Assembly (NCBI GenBank): GCA_013115125.1
Contig: JABANN010000317.1
Coordinates: 1 to 39,984 of the forward strand
DNA: 39,984 nt
Direction: 5' to 3'
From: Perkinsus olseni
Taxonomy: Eukaryota
Part shown: in pieces, positions 23,345 to 35,313 of the stretch
Numbering within the stretch: position 1 is the first letter of the stretch
Layout: each line of letters opens with the position of its first letter
Position numbers and translations under genes: made by a program
Notes under the pieces: generated by a model
Database searches by the model: none
What the model saw: only the letters and a program-made list of their open reading frames with translations
Told to the model about the DNA's origin: nothing

Positions 23345-24763
23345 TTAAATTTTCAAGGCTCTTGTTCCTGTCTCATTGCCCTTGGGTCGAAGGAACGCAT
23401 CTCGACTGACCTCTACCTTGTTATGGGAGCAGAAACCCTAAAATAGCACCTCTCCGAACGACTGAGAACATGCACACAAATTACCGTGCCGCCAGGCTGC
23501 AGGCGTATGACGTCTTTCTTCAAGTCCAACTTTTTCCCTGTCACCGGACATCGCGGATCCTCCGCGTTCTTCACAAGCTCGTCAAACCTGGCCGGACGAT
23601 GACTGAATTGCTTGGGAGAGCCCACATCGATGACAGTACACTTTCTCTATTATAACCACTCCAGACGGCCGCAGCAACACGCACCGTTGATGCGTGATTG
23701 GCTTCTTCGACACGGCACAGCAGTACATACCCTAAAAGGGACGCCTCCTGGTCAGGTCGCTCGGAAGACACCTACGGCATAATCGGTATCTTTCCCCTTC
23801 GCGTCATTGGTCAACTCGAACTTCACCGGTACCAAATCCTTCAACCGCAACTTCTTACCCGTCATCGGACACCTGAGTGAAGACGATACAAAAATGATAC
23901 ACCAACCATTGGAATAAAACACTGGCGGTATCGCTCCGAACCACCAACACCAGTACCAACCTGGGCACCAGACTTTCAGGCTTCTTGCACTCCTTCTGGA
24001 ACTCAGGCATCTCTTCCGCGGCCCAGAATGACTTTGCTCGGGCCTCCGACTTGTGCTCCCACGGGATGGACACACCAACTACCATCATCAACAGTAACGG
24101 TGGCCGACTAACGCTCAGAAAACCTAGTACCTGATCGTGCCGCTTCATCCTTATTTACGGACACGCTACTCGACTCGCTCTGTCCGCCTAATTCAGACAT
24201 GGTACTCTGGAACTTCTGCGCCCTAAGATGAGACACGCGCCATAGCAATGGAGCGGACAGACGAAGTCATCGATAAGGGATGGCCCTCGTTATTTTACCG
24301 CTTAGCGTCCTTTTGCTGTTCCTTGAGGTCCTCGAAAGCCTTCTTATTCGCCTCCTGCTGCTCATACAACGCCATCTCCTGATAACAATCACATTCTCAT
24401 CAAAATCAGATTCTTTCGCCCCTGCAGCACCTCCTTTATCCGGGCACGCTCCTTAACCAAGTACTCAACAACGGTAGACTTATCGTAACTGAACATCTCT
24501 AGTCTCGAGTCCTGAGTCTAACAAAAAGAATCTTACATGTAACCGGTCGTCGGCGAGGCCATGGGCTCCTTGGCAGGCCGAAGCGATATGCAACACATCC
24601 CGAACGGCAGCTGCGACTCGGCACCTGAAGCAACCGATCAGTGAACGGAGCGTGCGAGCAAGCTCTTACCTATCCGTTCAGTCACTTGGCCGAAGCCACA
24701 CTTTCTCCGCTCATCGCTGGTGATGAAAGCACGGTCAGTTTGGTTCTGTGAATGACGTGTCAT
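23345..24763 (-). CDS. NOSIP: NOSIP-like RING/U-box protein (nitric oxide synthase-interacting protein homologue)
   Basis: MTRHSQNQTDRAFITSDERRKCGFGQVTERIG|AESQLPFGMCCISLRPAKEPMASPTTGY...; RCPMTGKKLRLKDLVPVKF; CAVSKKPIT; RCPVTGKKLDLKKDVIRLQPGGT|GFCSHN. This is the typical NOSIP layout. Confidence 0.88.
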
Positions 24764-25112
24764 AGTGAGCAGCAATGTAGCCTCTACTTGGATGGTAATG
24801 AGACTCACGAGAGGTTCATGATTACTTGGAGACGCGCGCGCGCTCACGCCGCGATTCGGAGAATCTTTCGCAGAGCGCTCAAGTAGCCCACTGGACTTTT
24901 GAGGTTGGGAAGCCGAAGATTGGGAATTGAACATCTGCTCGAATCGTTGGTGCATCACTCCGCAAGTTCTTGACCTGCGTCTCAACTCTCGCGGAGGTTC
25001 GATCCTCGGGTCACGCATTTATTGCTCTTATCACGACTAGCATGATGCTTGAAGCATCTGCCTTTAAGTACATACCTTAGACGTACAGTCGCTAATCAGT
25101 GGCCCCTTCCTC

Positions 25113-25799
25113 ATGAGCAGCATTCGCCTAAGCACATCAGCAGCATTGGCAGCGCTCATATCGATTCTCCTGCACGGTTGTGGTTCTAAGGTGAGCCCAT
25201 TCAATAGCCCGGTTGCTCCCGATTCTCTCAATCTCACGTCGTCGTCCTCAGAATCAGACCTGTACCTTCGAGGGCAAGGCCAAGAGGGACCTCTCAGCGA
25301 CGCTAGTGCGGGACGCCGATTCTGTTATCTTCGAGCTGCAACAACTCCACTGCTCGAAGAACCAAACGTACGTCGAAGGATCTCCAAGGGCCCTCAGTCA
25401 CGCAAGTTGCGCTGTGGACCGTCGCATGATGCGAATCCATCGCCTTCGATCTACAGGTACTCCTTAGAAAATATAAGAAGTATGTTCAAGGCTAGCGACT
25501 GGGCGTATGCGTCCAAAGCTGCAACATGCGAGCAGTTGCTCGGTGATTCGAAGAGCACTCTTGTGCAACTCGCCACCGAAGCTCATCTCACAGTATTATG
25601 CCAAATAATGGAGTCTGGCAACACAACAGCGTGGGCGCCAGCCCTCACCAGATTCGACACTATTAACGCGGTCTCTGGCCAGAGGATACAAAGCGGGGAT
25701 GGTGGATCAGTGATGCCGCCATTTCCTCAGCCGCAATATGGTTCGACTGGACTACGAGGCCCTCCTTCAGCTGCAGTGAATTCTCTGAGCCCAGGATGA
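25113..25799 (+). CDS. Putative secreted or membrane-anchored hypothetical protein (3 exons)
   Basis: Hydrophobic N-terminus MSSIRLSTSAALAALISILLHGCGSK. Introns at ~25191-25250 (GTGAGC...CTCAG) and ~25367-25456 (GTACGT...CTACAG). Cys-containing exons. Confidence 0.6.
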   Translation: MSSIRLSTSAALAALISILLHGCGSKVSPFNSPVAPDSLNLTSSSSESDLYLRGQGQEGPLSDASAGRRFCYLRAATTPLLEEPNVRRRISKGPQSRKLRCGPSHDANPSPSIYRYSLENIRSMFKASDWAYASKAATCEQLLGDSKSTLVQLATEAHLTVLCQIMESGNTTAWAPALTRFDTINAVSGQRIQSGDGGSVMPPFPQPQYGSTGLRGPPSAAVNSLSPG

Positions 25800-26576
25800 T
25801 ATCTACCCATGTTACACATCAGTGTCAGTGGCGTTGATACTAGTCTTCGAGTTGTGCATTCAGTGTCCGGGAATCGCCCGCATTACAAATGCGAGCAAAC
25901 AGCTTGATATGTGATGAGGGGTGCAGTGGACAAAGATGCTCACGATCACCCGTGAACTCTACTCTTGCGACAATTCGGGCCCACATTTGCTGGTCTAAAC
26001 TTCACGCAGTGGCCGCAGCCACCGACACAACGGGGTCAAGGTACCATATCGCGGTTCCTGTACTCTTCACGCGCGGAGCGTCCCGAGAACTGCAATGGAA
26101 TCGCTGCAAGCCTTAACACTCAGGCATTGAGCCAGAGAAAGATCATATACCATGTTCCCGGTCACTAGGGTCCCCATCCGGTCTAGACATAGGACTTGAC
26201 TCAACCGAAGGTCATGTTGGGTAAGCAGCTTCTTATAACAGTGTATGAGCCATGGAATCTCACATGCGAATGTACATGGCGGCTTGTGGCAAGTCAACTT
26301 CGTTATCCCAACAGAATTATCATATCCCACAGCCAGCGCTGATTTCGCGGATCCTCGTCAAGACAATTACTCGGCCTCAGCGTGCACCTTGCTATGCACT
26401 GAGGCTCGAACGTATCAATGTGCATATCTCGTGACCCATCAGCCCTTCGCCTTCCACAACCAGGTATTTTAATTGTGTATTGCAACTTCGCCCAACTCAA
26501 CACGAACCTCACGAACAACGCATACAGCATGTAGCCGACTGTGCGGCACGAGGGCATGACCTTTGGTCACACTGAA

Positions 26577-27186
26577 TCAGTCATAGTCGAGGCTATCTTC
26601 ACCTTCTTCCAGATCGTAGCTGTGTGGTCCCTTCTCGCACAATCTCTTAATGAAGTTGTGACTTCGTTTGACGTAATGTAGAGGATTCAAACCGTCCTTC
26701 ATGCCAATCGTCGCGGATATCCGTCTGACACCTTTTCGGCAATCATTCACATCGCCGTTCCCTGTTGTTACGCGGGCTTCCACGTTGATGGGACTGAAAT
26801 CGCCATCCTCAAACAGCCAGTTGTTGAGATGGCGTTACCTCATGTCCAGCGGGCAGTCCGATTTTTCCTTGTCAATTGTGTAAACTAGACCTCCTGAATT
26901 GTCGTTCTCCTTCAACTTGAAGTAGATGTAATGCTTCTGTCCGTAGAATTTAGACTTCACGTAGCAGCCACTCGGATCGGAGTCGTCAGGATAAATCTGA
27001 TGGATCACGCCGAACGAATAAACAGCCATCATCCTCTTCGTCACTCACCGCCAAAGAAAAAGGATTCCACCGATGGCTCTGGCCCTTCGTGATCAACTTC
27101 TTGATGGCTTTGTGGTGGACGCCAATCGCGGTAGAAGTCACGAGTAGTAGCAACAGGGAAGCGAATTTGAGCGGTATTATGATCAT
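26577..27186 (-). CDS. Putative secreted hypothetical protein (one unresolved frame change near 27000)
   Basis: Signal-peptide-like MIIIPLKFASLLLLLVTSTAIG. Downstream coding-like segments are GCYVKSKFYGQKHYIYFKLKE...CPLDM and VEARVTTGNGDVNDCRKG...LCEKGP. Confidence 0.5.
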
Positions 27187-27922
27187 AGCTAGCGGTGTTT
27201 TAACTCGGAGCGAGGAGAAAATAAATGCAACTGGACAACAACCATTGCGTTGGGGATGCTAGACTGTCTACTCACATGAGAGCCCAGTCTCGATGTGTCG
27301 TCGGGATTTCCATCGTTCTGCGATCGTCGCACAAAAATGGTAATCAAAAATCGCTTCGCTCCGCCGAGCCATGACGCGCACGTCATAGATTGTGACACAC
27401 GGTGGTGTTCAGACATGACCTCTTTTTCAAGTGCCGGGGTGGTTCAGCGTGATCCAAACGTCAACTGGACATGAGGGCAGGAAGCAGTTATCGAGGGTTG
27501 GACAACAAGGGGCGACAGGAAAAGTTAGCTACATGTGGCACGCGTGCACAGGCGCGGTCGCGTGCTGGCTCGACAATGCGCGAGCGATATTGTGAAACGA
27601 AGCACAGCTCATAGTTTCAACATCAAGTGGATGATGGAAACGACGAGTGGTGAAGGAAGTGCCGAGAGATGAACAAGTACCGAGGAATCATCGACATTGA
27701 AACCTCACGGGCGGCATACGAGTAATCTTGAGCTCTCATGTAGGAATCTTATCGTCTCCAAGACCTGAGTACTTCTAATGTGTCAACCCAGTCAACGATT
27801 GCTCTATCGACAATAGAGATCAACTGGAGTTGGAACCCCATCAGATCGGTCACAATCACCGCAACTTGCCCCGCCGATAGAGACTGGATGTTAACACAAG
27901 GCTTAAAAAGACCACGAAAAAC

Positions 27923-28548
27923 TCAGACTTTCTTCACCTTCGGACCGCATGCACTTCTAGTGTCTATCACCAAACAAATGAAAACGATAGCATTGACAAT
28001 GTAGTTCGCAAAACACACGACACAGAACTCTCTGAGCACGAACTTGAGGACCATCGCGAGGTAGATGTTGAAGATCACAGCCAGAGAGCCCACGACTAGA
28101 TACACCTGTCGCGCTCGCAGTCCGCTCCTTCGCATCCGAGGATAGGAGAGGATGAAGACGAAGTACGGTATGGCTGCAAGACGGAAACAACATAGTGTGG
28201 TCAATCAGTGAGGCAAATGCGGATTGACCGCGGACCCACCTAGCTGTGGCAGTGAGAGGTCCAGATATTCGCCGGGGTTCGCCATTCCCCAATGCACTAG
28301 GATTCGGGAGTAGGATGAAGTGAAGACTTTACTACAGCTTGACCAGGAGCTGATGTCACAGGCCGCGTGATAGCCCGGAAAGGCGTGAATCTGAGTAACC
28401 ATATCACAGAGTTCAGAGAGCTATCTCACGCATTGCGGACATCGGTCGTCGAAGTGATGCTTACCATCGCCTCCACGTAGAGAGAGTAAGCAGCAACCCC
28501 TATTCCACCGACCGCGGCGAAAGAGAGAAGTATCACTCTGTACAGCAT
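27923..28548 (-). CDS. VKORC1: Vitamin K epoxide reductase family protein (VKORC1-like), 3 exons
   Basis: GIGVAAYSLYVE|...YHAACDISSWSSCSKVFTSSYSRIL (loop Cys pair and conserved Ser)|...YLAMVLKFVLREFCVVCFANYIVN (active-site CxxC). Confidence 0.92.
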
Positions 28549-28707
28549 ACCGTACCGTCTACCTTGGGAAAACTGCCCGAGACGACACCCTGATTCCGCT
28601 GTCCGAAATTCAAAACCAACCCGTTGGCGATTGCGTGGCCATTCCCGACCGATTGACGCACACTCCACAAAAAATATATCCGCGGTATTCATGGAAACTA
28701 ATTACGC

Positions 28708-30150
28708 TTACGGGATCGCATTCCCGGCCCTCCCCTTCGAGAGTAAAGACGTAACCGTACGCCCAGTCTGGTCGGCAAGTCGGGTGTTGCAGCCGTACTC
28801 GTCAACCAACATCGAGGCGATTCGGGCATGGTTGCAGTCGAGGGCAACATGAGCAGCAGTTTCCCCCAGAAGGTTCCTTCGGTTGGTAAATGCTTTGGCA
28901 GTATCTACAAGAGCTAGGCATGGCAGGAAGGCCACAGGGATACGATCTCCCGGATCGGACCTTCATTATGCAAGCTTGCCATTACTCGTTCAATCAGAGC
29001 CATATGACCATAACGCGAGGCAACATGGAGAGCAGTGTCACCAGACGGCGAAGCCCACTCCACGAGCATTGCGCCCGTGGCTTCATCGAGGACCATGCAA
29101 ATCTGAGGATACCCTATCAACAGTCGCAATACCCACAGGAAATCCAAACGAACATGCTATTCTGGCTAACTCGAAGAACCAAAGTTATCCGCACTAGAAC
29201 GGCGAATAGTGCGACCAAATCGAGACTCACGAGCACCCGGCAGACGGCTCATGCTAACAGCATTGGCTGGTAAGGAGCACTGAATTCTTGCAAGTGCGGT
29301 ACTTGCAAGATGCCATGAGATTCCTTTTTTCAAGTCACGCGAGAACCGTTGCCTCGAAGGGATCATGAAGGTGACTACCGTTCCTACACAAGCTGCCATC
29401 TCTGTTGTGACCCGGTCAGCTCCCAGGGCTCCTTCGACCGCCCTCACCCTATCCATAGTACTCAGCCGAGTCCCCGTCCGCTTCAGGGTCCGCCGCAAGG
29501 ACCCCTCATCCCCTCGAACGACCAACCTCGTTAAAATACTGGCGTTCGCACTCGCAACCCCGCAGCTTCCTTTAGAGAAGGCCGTTCTCCGGTGGGTAGA
29601 GCTTTGAGTGCGTTGCTTTGCTGAGAACTCCTTCAGACACACTGGATCGACCCGCAAGAGGGTATCCTTGCGGCAGCCGGTGGGGTAGAAACGACGAATT
29701 GCTTCTCCACTGAGCCAAAACAGAGAAGTCTCCTTGGGTCGGGTTCAAGGCGCGCGAATACAAAAAGCAAAATCCACCTGGATGGAATTGTTTTCGGGCG
29801 TTGCAAGGTCTCCGCCGAGTACACATGACAACCAGCTGACTGATCGCTTCGACGCAGGAGTTGCACTCACCCCTCCAGAAAATTGGCGATCTTCCCCTTC
29901 CTGTACCGCCAATCGGAGCGAGCCAAGGCAGCTACTACGAGACGGAAGTTACTCGGTTCGACCGAGAGTGCCTTCGTGCATGTTGTCCCAGCTTGAGGCC
30001 TCACACGATGTCTACATGCATGGCAGTCGCTCAGCAATCAACCAGTAGTGAGTCGCGCTAGCCTCAACGATACACGACCCACAGGAATATCATCAACCCC
30101 TTCCGACGTGAAGGACTCCAGTTTATACATGAACATAGCTCATATCAGAG
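28708..30150 (-). CDS. Multi-exon ankyrin-repeat protein (5' extent uncertain)
   Basis: Ankyrin motifs SGDTALHVASRYGHMALIE and NLLGETAAHVALDCNHARIASMLVDEYGCNTRLADQTGRT at the C-terminus. Confidence 0.7.
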
Positions 30151-30818
30151 GCAACGTGCCTCTGTTCACAATTCGACAACCACAGCCAGGAGTAACGACC
30201 CTCCCACGGCGATGGCACCAGTGCATTGAGCCACAGATTGACTTTAAATAGCACAGTTATCGAGGCGTTCCTACAGCAGGCGTAGCCGCACGCTCCTTAC
30301 CCGAGGCTTACGTGCCAGTCTCCAGATACCTCCTCCATAAGGCCGAATTATCTCGGGACAAGCAGATGTAGCTGAATCACAGAGTCATTCTTGCTAGGAG
30401 TTGGTAGCCGGAAAGCAAGCATGACGTCTTTGATAAAAGTGCCAATACCACTCCAATCACAACTCATCAGTCGCACAGGAAGACTCCTACCAGTGAATGC
30501 ATGTATAGGATAAAGCCAAGGCCTCCTCTGCATTCAAGAAGAGTGTTATCATGGAAAACACTTCCTCTGAGAGTGCTGCGACGCCGATGACTGTGGTCAT
30601 CAAAAAAGAGTTAACTGGCCTCGTTGAACGCGACGATGGCCTCTTGCAGACTTGCCTTCTTGCATTTCCTCAACGGCTGTCCGTCGTGTGTTACACATAG
30701 CTTGTTGAAGCTGTGAGCATCTTGGTGGCAGCCTCCTTCTCCCGTCGTCGTCGGCCGCAGCGCTTGCCCGATTTCGGAGTATTCCTTGATGGTAGGGCGT
30801 TGTTTAGTCGTCATCTAA

Positions 30819-32876
30819 ATGCCGTCGGATTCTAAGAACAATTACGCTGCTGTAGCTGCTGCCGCCGCCACCACCGCCGTCGCTGCCGGTGCCGCTGGAT
30901 ACGCCGTCTACAAGAAGATGCAGGGATATGACCAGTAATACAATCATGCATCTCGGGGTTTCTCACCTTCCGAGATAGACTCGCTTCGTTTCGTAGTCAG
31001 CAGGACTCTCCTTGCCGAAGAAGGCTCGGCGGGTGGCACGAATATTTCCGCTACTAGCTTCTTCTACGGACTTCTCTAGACGTTGTATTTTCTTGCTTAT
31101 TTCTATGTTCTCTATTCAGGACGGTCTCAGAGCTCCGAGGAAATGTATCCCACTTGCAAGAGGAGAATGCTCATCTCAGTCGGCCTGTCGTAGGCAGCAT
31201 GACTGGCGATGATATCTTGCTCCCTGGTAAGAGGACCACTCGCGATCTCTATGGCTGAGAGCTGTGTTAGTGAGTGACGTGCCTGTTATTTTAGGTGAGA
31301 AGCTTACTTACTTGAAGCCTTCCAACTTGGCTGAGAGGTTCGGTAAGAAGGAGCACACGACGCCCCTCATCGAGAAGTACGAGGGACAATTGCAGGACTT
31401 CCAGGACGAGCACTCTATCGTCACCCAGACAATCTATCGTAACAAGGATGAGCATCACAAGCAGTTCTTGCGATACCTTCGTGCCGGCCCTCGTGAGAAG
31501 GTCTACTTCAACCCGAAGGAGGTCACCGCGGCCATCGTCACTTGCGGTGGTCTCTGCCCCGGCCTCAATAACGTCATTCGGGGTCTCACCCAGATGCTCG
31601 AAGAGTACGGTGTGCCCAACATCTACGGTGTGAAGGACGGCTACAAGGGCTTCAAGAAGGATAACTGCTGGATTAAGCTCGACGGCAAGAAGGTCGAAAC
31701 CATTCATAGGATGGGCGGTAGCGCATTGGTCTGCAACCGCGGTAATGATGACATTGATGTAATGGCCGAAGCTATTATGAAGAAGGGTGTCAACATGCTA
31801 TTCATCGTCGGTGGTGATGGTACCCACAGAGGTGCTGACAAGATCCAGCAGTACATGGTCAAGGCTAACTACGAGTGCTCCGTCGTTGGCATCCCCAAGA
31901 CCATTGATAACGATATTCCCGTCATTGATGATTCGTTCGGATTTGCCACCGCTGTGAGCGAGGCCGTCCGAGCCATCGAGGCAGGTTACGTTGAGGCTAC
32001 TGGCGCTCCTAACTGCATCGGTCTCGTCAAGTTGATGGGACGTAACTCTGGATTCGTTGTTCTTCACGCTGTCTGTGCTGCTGCTACTGTCGACGTTGCC
32101 CTCCTTCCCGAGATGGATATCAGTCTTCCCAAGGTGAGTTCAGGACTCCTTGTCGCTACATGAAAGTCCCGATTTCTTCTCTCTGATCAGCTTCTCGATC
32201 ACATCAAGCAGAAGATCGACAAGGATGGCCACATCGTGGTCGTCGTTGCCGAGGGCTGCGGTGCTACCTTGATGCAGGCGGACCCTAATCTGAAGGATGC
32301 CGGTGGAAACGTCAAGCTTCCTGATGTCGGTGTCTATCTTAAGGATAAGATCATGGAATTCGCTAAGGCCAACGGCCGTAATGACTGGACTGTCAAGTAA
32401 GTTACAGCACTGGAATGATACGCATCATTTGCCGCCCGGATTGATGTCGCCCGTAGGTACATCGATCCCACTTACATGATCCGTGCTGTTCCCGCCAACC
32501 CTGGTGACTCTACCTATTGCCACGTACTTGCACATAATGCCGTTCATGGTGCTATGGCTGGTTACACGGGCTTCTCCTGTGGCAAATGCGATCAAAGGTA
32601 ACATCCTCTTCAATATCCGTGTCGGAGCTACTCTGCTTGTCCGATCTCGACTATTCTCAGATACGTTATGCTGCCGTTCAAGGCTATCACGGGTCGCCCT
32701 CCTCGCCAGGTTAACACTGCGGGCCGATGGTTCGCCAGGATGATCATGTTTACTGGTCAGCCCAGTTTCGTAAGTCAACTCATAATATCCTCTATCATAG
32801 TCATTCTCATCGTTATCTCTCTCAGCTTCCTCCGGGACACATCCCACGTCATAGCTCCGCCCTCATTACGCACTAA
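30819..32876 (+). CDS. PFK: ATP-dependent 6-phosphofructokinase (plant/trypanosomatid-like group), copy 1
   Basis: [62 protein letters not shown] and [14 protein letters not shown] introns. Stop TAA at 32874-32876. Start [17 protein letters not shown] at 30819. Confidence 0.95.
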
Positions 32877-33015
32877 GATGGCCGCGTGGACGGCATCTTG
32901 AGTGGAAGACTCGGTGCCATTCTCTTGTACTGAACAATCGCTAAAGCGAGTAAGCGTTCTTCTCCGCGCGAGCCCCGTTATTTGTTGCGTTAACAATCAT
33001 TTGGGGGAGTTGAGC

Positions 33016-35313
33016 ATGGACCATCTTGTGCAGTGGATGGTGAACGCACAAACCAGACTTAGTTCTGGTTCCGCTCGGAACCGCTGTAGCCGACTGGCAC
33101 GGTCCTCATTGGCATGTGGTTGTATAAGTATAATGGTGACAGTGTGAGGGACATCGCTACGAGAGAGCGCTGTGACGATCGGGAGCAGCAAGGTGCAATT
33201 CCGCCTTCTAGCGATAGTGGCGGCGGTGTCTCCGTGATAGTCAACAACTCAAGATTCGCTCACTTGCGCAGAGTAGTCGAGTGTTATTCATGTCTGGCGA
33301 CTCTAAATCTTCTTTTACCACAGCCGCTGTCGCTGCAGCAGCAACTGCCGTAACTGCTGGTGCTGTAGCAGGTGTCGTATACAACAAAATGAAGGGATAC
33401 GAGAAGTAGCGAGGAGGGATGCGTTAGACGTAGAGTTCTGGGATCCATACAACACGCAAAGTCCGTGAAGGCAGTTATCGCGTGAAGATTGGTTGTGATC
33501 TTCAATCTGTGGCGTCTCCTAGGATGGTATCAGAACTAAGACAGCACATTGCTGATGCCCAGGAGGAGACCACTAGACTTACTAGACCTGTCGTCGGCAG
33601 CATGGCCGATGATGACATCCTGAAACCAGGTAGTGAGCATGGCTCTCGGCCATACACCATGCTGTGTTGTCTACTCGTATATTCAGGCGAGAGCCTAACG
33701 TACCTCAAGCCGACACATCTCTCTACACGCTTCGGTAGCAAGTCTTTCGAGACCCCTCTCAGCGTAGGAGCTGTCTCGTTCATTCGTCACACGGCGCATC
33801 TCAACTTCAGGACGAGTATGAGGGACAGCTACAAGACTTCCAGGACGAGAACTCGATCGTTACTCAAACCATCTGGCGTAACAAGGACGAACACAACAAG
33901 CAGTTTTTGCGATACCTTCGCGCGGGCCCTCGTGAGAAGCTTTATTTCGAGCCCTTGAAGGTTACTGCTGCCATCGTCACTTGCGGTGGTCTCTGCCCCG
34001 GCCTCAATAACGTCATTCGGGGTCTCACCCAGATGCTCGAAGAGTACGGTGTGCCCACCATCTACGGTGTGAAGAACGGCTACAAGGGCTTCAAGAAGGA
34101 TAACTGCTGGATTAAGCTCGACGGCAAGAAGGTCGAAACCATTCATAGGATGGGCGGTAGCGTGTTGGTAAGCAACCGTGGTAATGATGACATTGATGTA
34201 ATGGCCGAAGCTATCATAAGAAAGGGTGTCAACATGCTATTCATCGTCGGTGGTGATGGTACCCATAGAGGTGCTGACAAGATCCAGAAGGCCATGGTTG
34301 CCGCTAACTATGAGTGTGCTGTTGTTGGCATCCCCAAGACTATTGATAACGATATCCCTCTCATCGATGGCTCCTTCGGTTTCACTACGGCGGTCGATGA
34401 GGCCGTCCGCGCCATCGAGGCTGCTTACGTCGAAGCCACGGGCGCTCCTAACTGCATCGGTCTCGTCAAGTTGATGGGACGTAACTCTGGATTTGTTGTT
34501 CTCCACGCCGTCTGTGCTGCTGCTACTGTCGACGTTGCCCTCCTTCCCGAGATGGATATCAGTCTTCCTAAGGTGAGTTCAGTCATATCAGCTCTTCGCC
34601 GCTTTGTTGTCTTCGTAACTGTTAATGTCTTATCTCCGGTCAGCTTCTGGACCATATCAAGCAGAAGATCGACAAGGATGGTCACATCGTGGTCGTCGTA
34701 GCGGAGGGTTGTGGTGCTACCTTGATGCAGGCTGACCCCAACCTTAAGGATGCCGGTGGAAACATCAAACTACCTGATGTTGGTCTCTACCTTAAGGACA
34801 AGATTATGGAATTCGCCAAGGCCAACCGCCGCAATGACTGGACAATCAAGTACAGTGCTCTCTACAGTTCACCTTTCGTCGGCTCTCGATGTGCTTGATA
34901 GGTACATCGATCCCACCTACATGATCCGTGCTGTTCCCGCCAACCCTGGTGACTCTACCTACTGCCACGTACTTGCACATAATGCCGTTCATGGTGCTAT
35001 GGCTGGTTACACGGGCTTCTCCTGTGGCAAATGCGATCAGAGGTAGCACACACATAAGTATCCGTGTCGGAGCTACTCTGCTTGTAACATATCGACTTTT
35101 CTTAGATACGTTATGCTGCCGTTCAAGGCTATCACGGGTCGCCCACCTCGCCAAGTCAACACTGCGGGCCGATGGTTCGCCAGGATGATCATGTTTACTG
35201 GTCAGCCCAGCTTCGTAAGTCACCATATCCTGTATGAAAGCCCTAATCATCGTTATCTCTTTTAGCTTCCTCCGGGACACATCCCACGTCATAGCTCATC
35301 TTTCCAGATTTGA
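33016..35313 (+). CDS. PFK: ATP-dependent 6-phosphofructokinase, copy 2 (tandem paralogue, longer hydrophobic N-terminus, start uncertain)
   Basis: Same catalytic motifs and 3' intron positions as copy 1. One extra intron at ~33764-33810. Stop TGA at 35311-35313. Confidence 0.93.

Noticed and set aside
30611..30814. 67-aa minus-strand ORF starting head-to-head with PFK copy 1
   Set aside because: It has no motif, and its start is only 4 nt from the PFK ATG, leaving no room for UTRs.
31291..35292. Several antisense ORFs over the PFK genes
   Set aside because: They are shadows of codon bias on the opposite strand of real coding exons.
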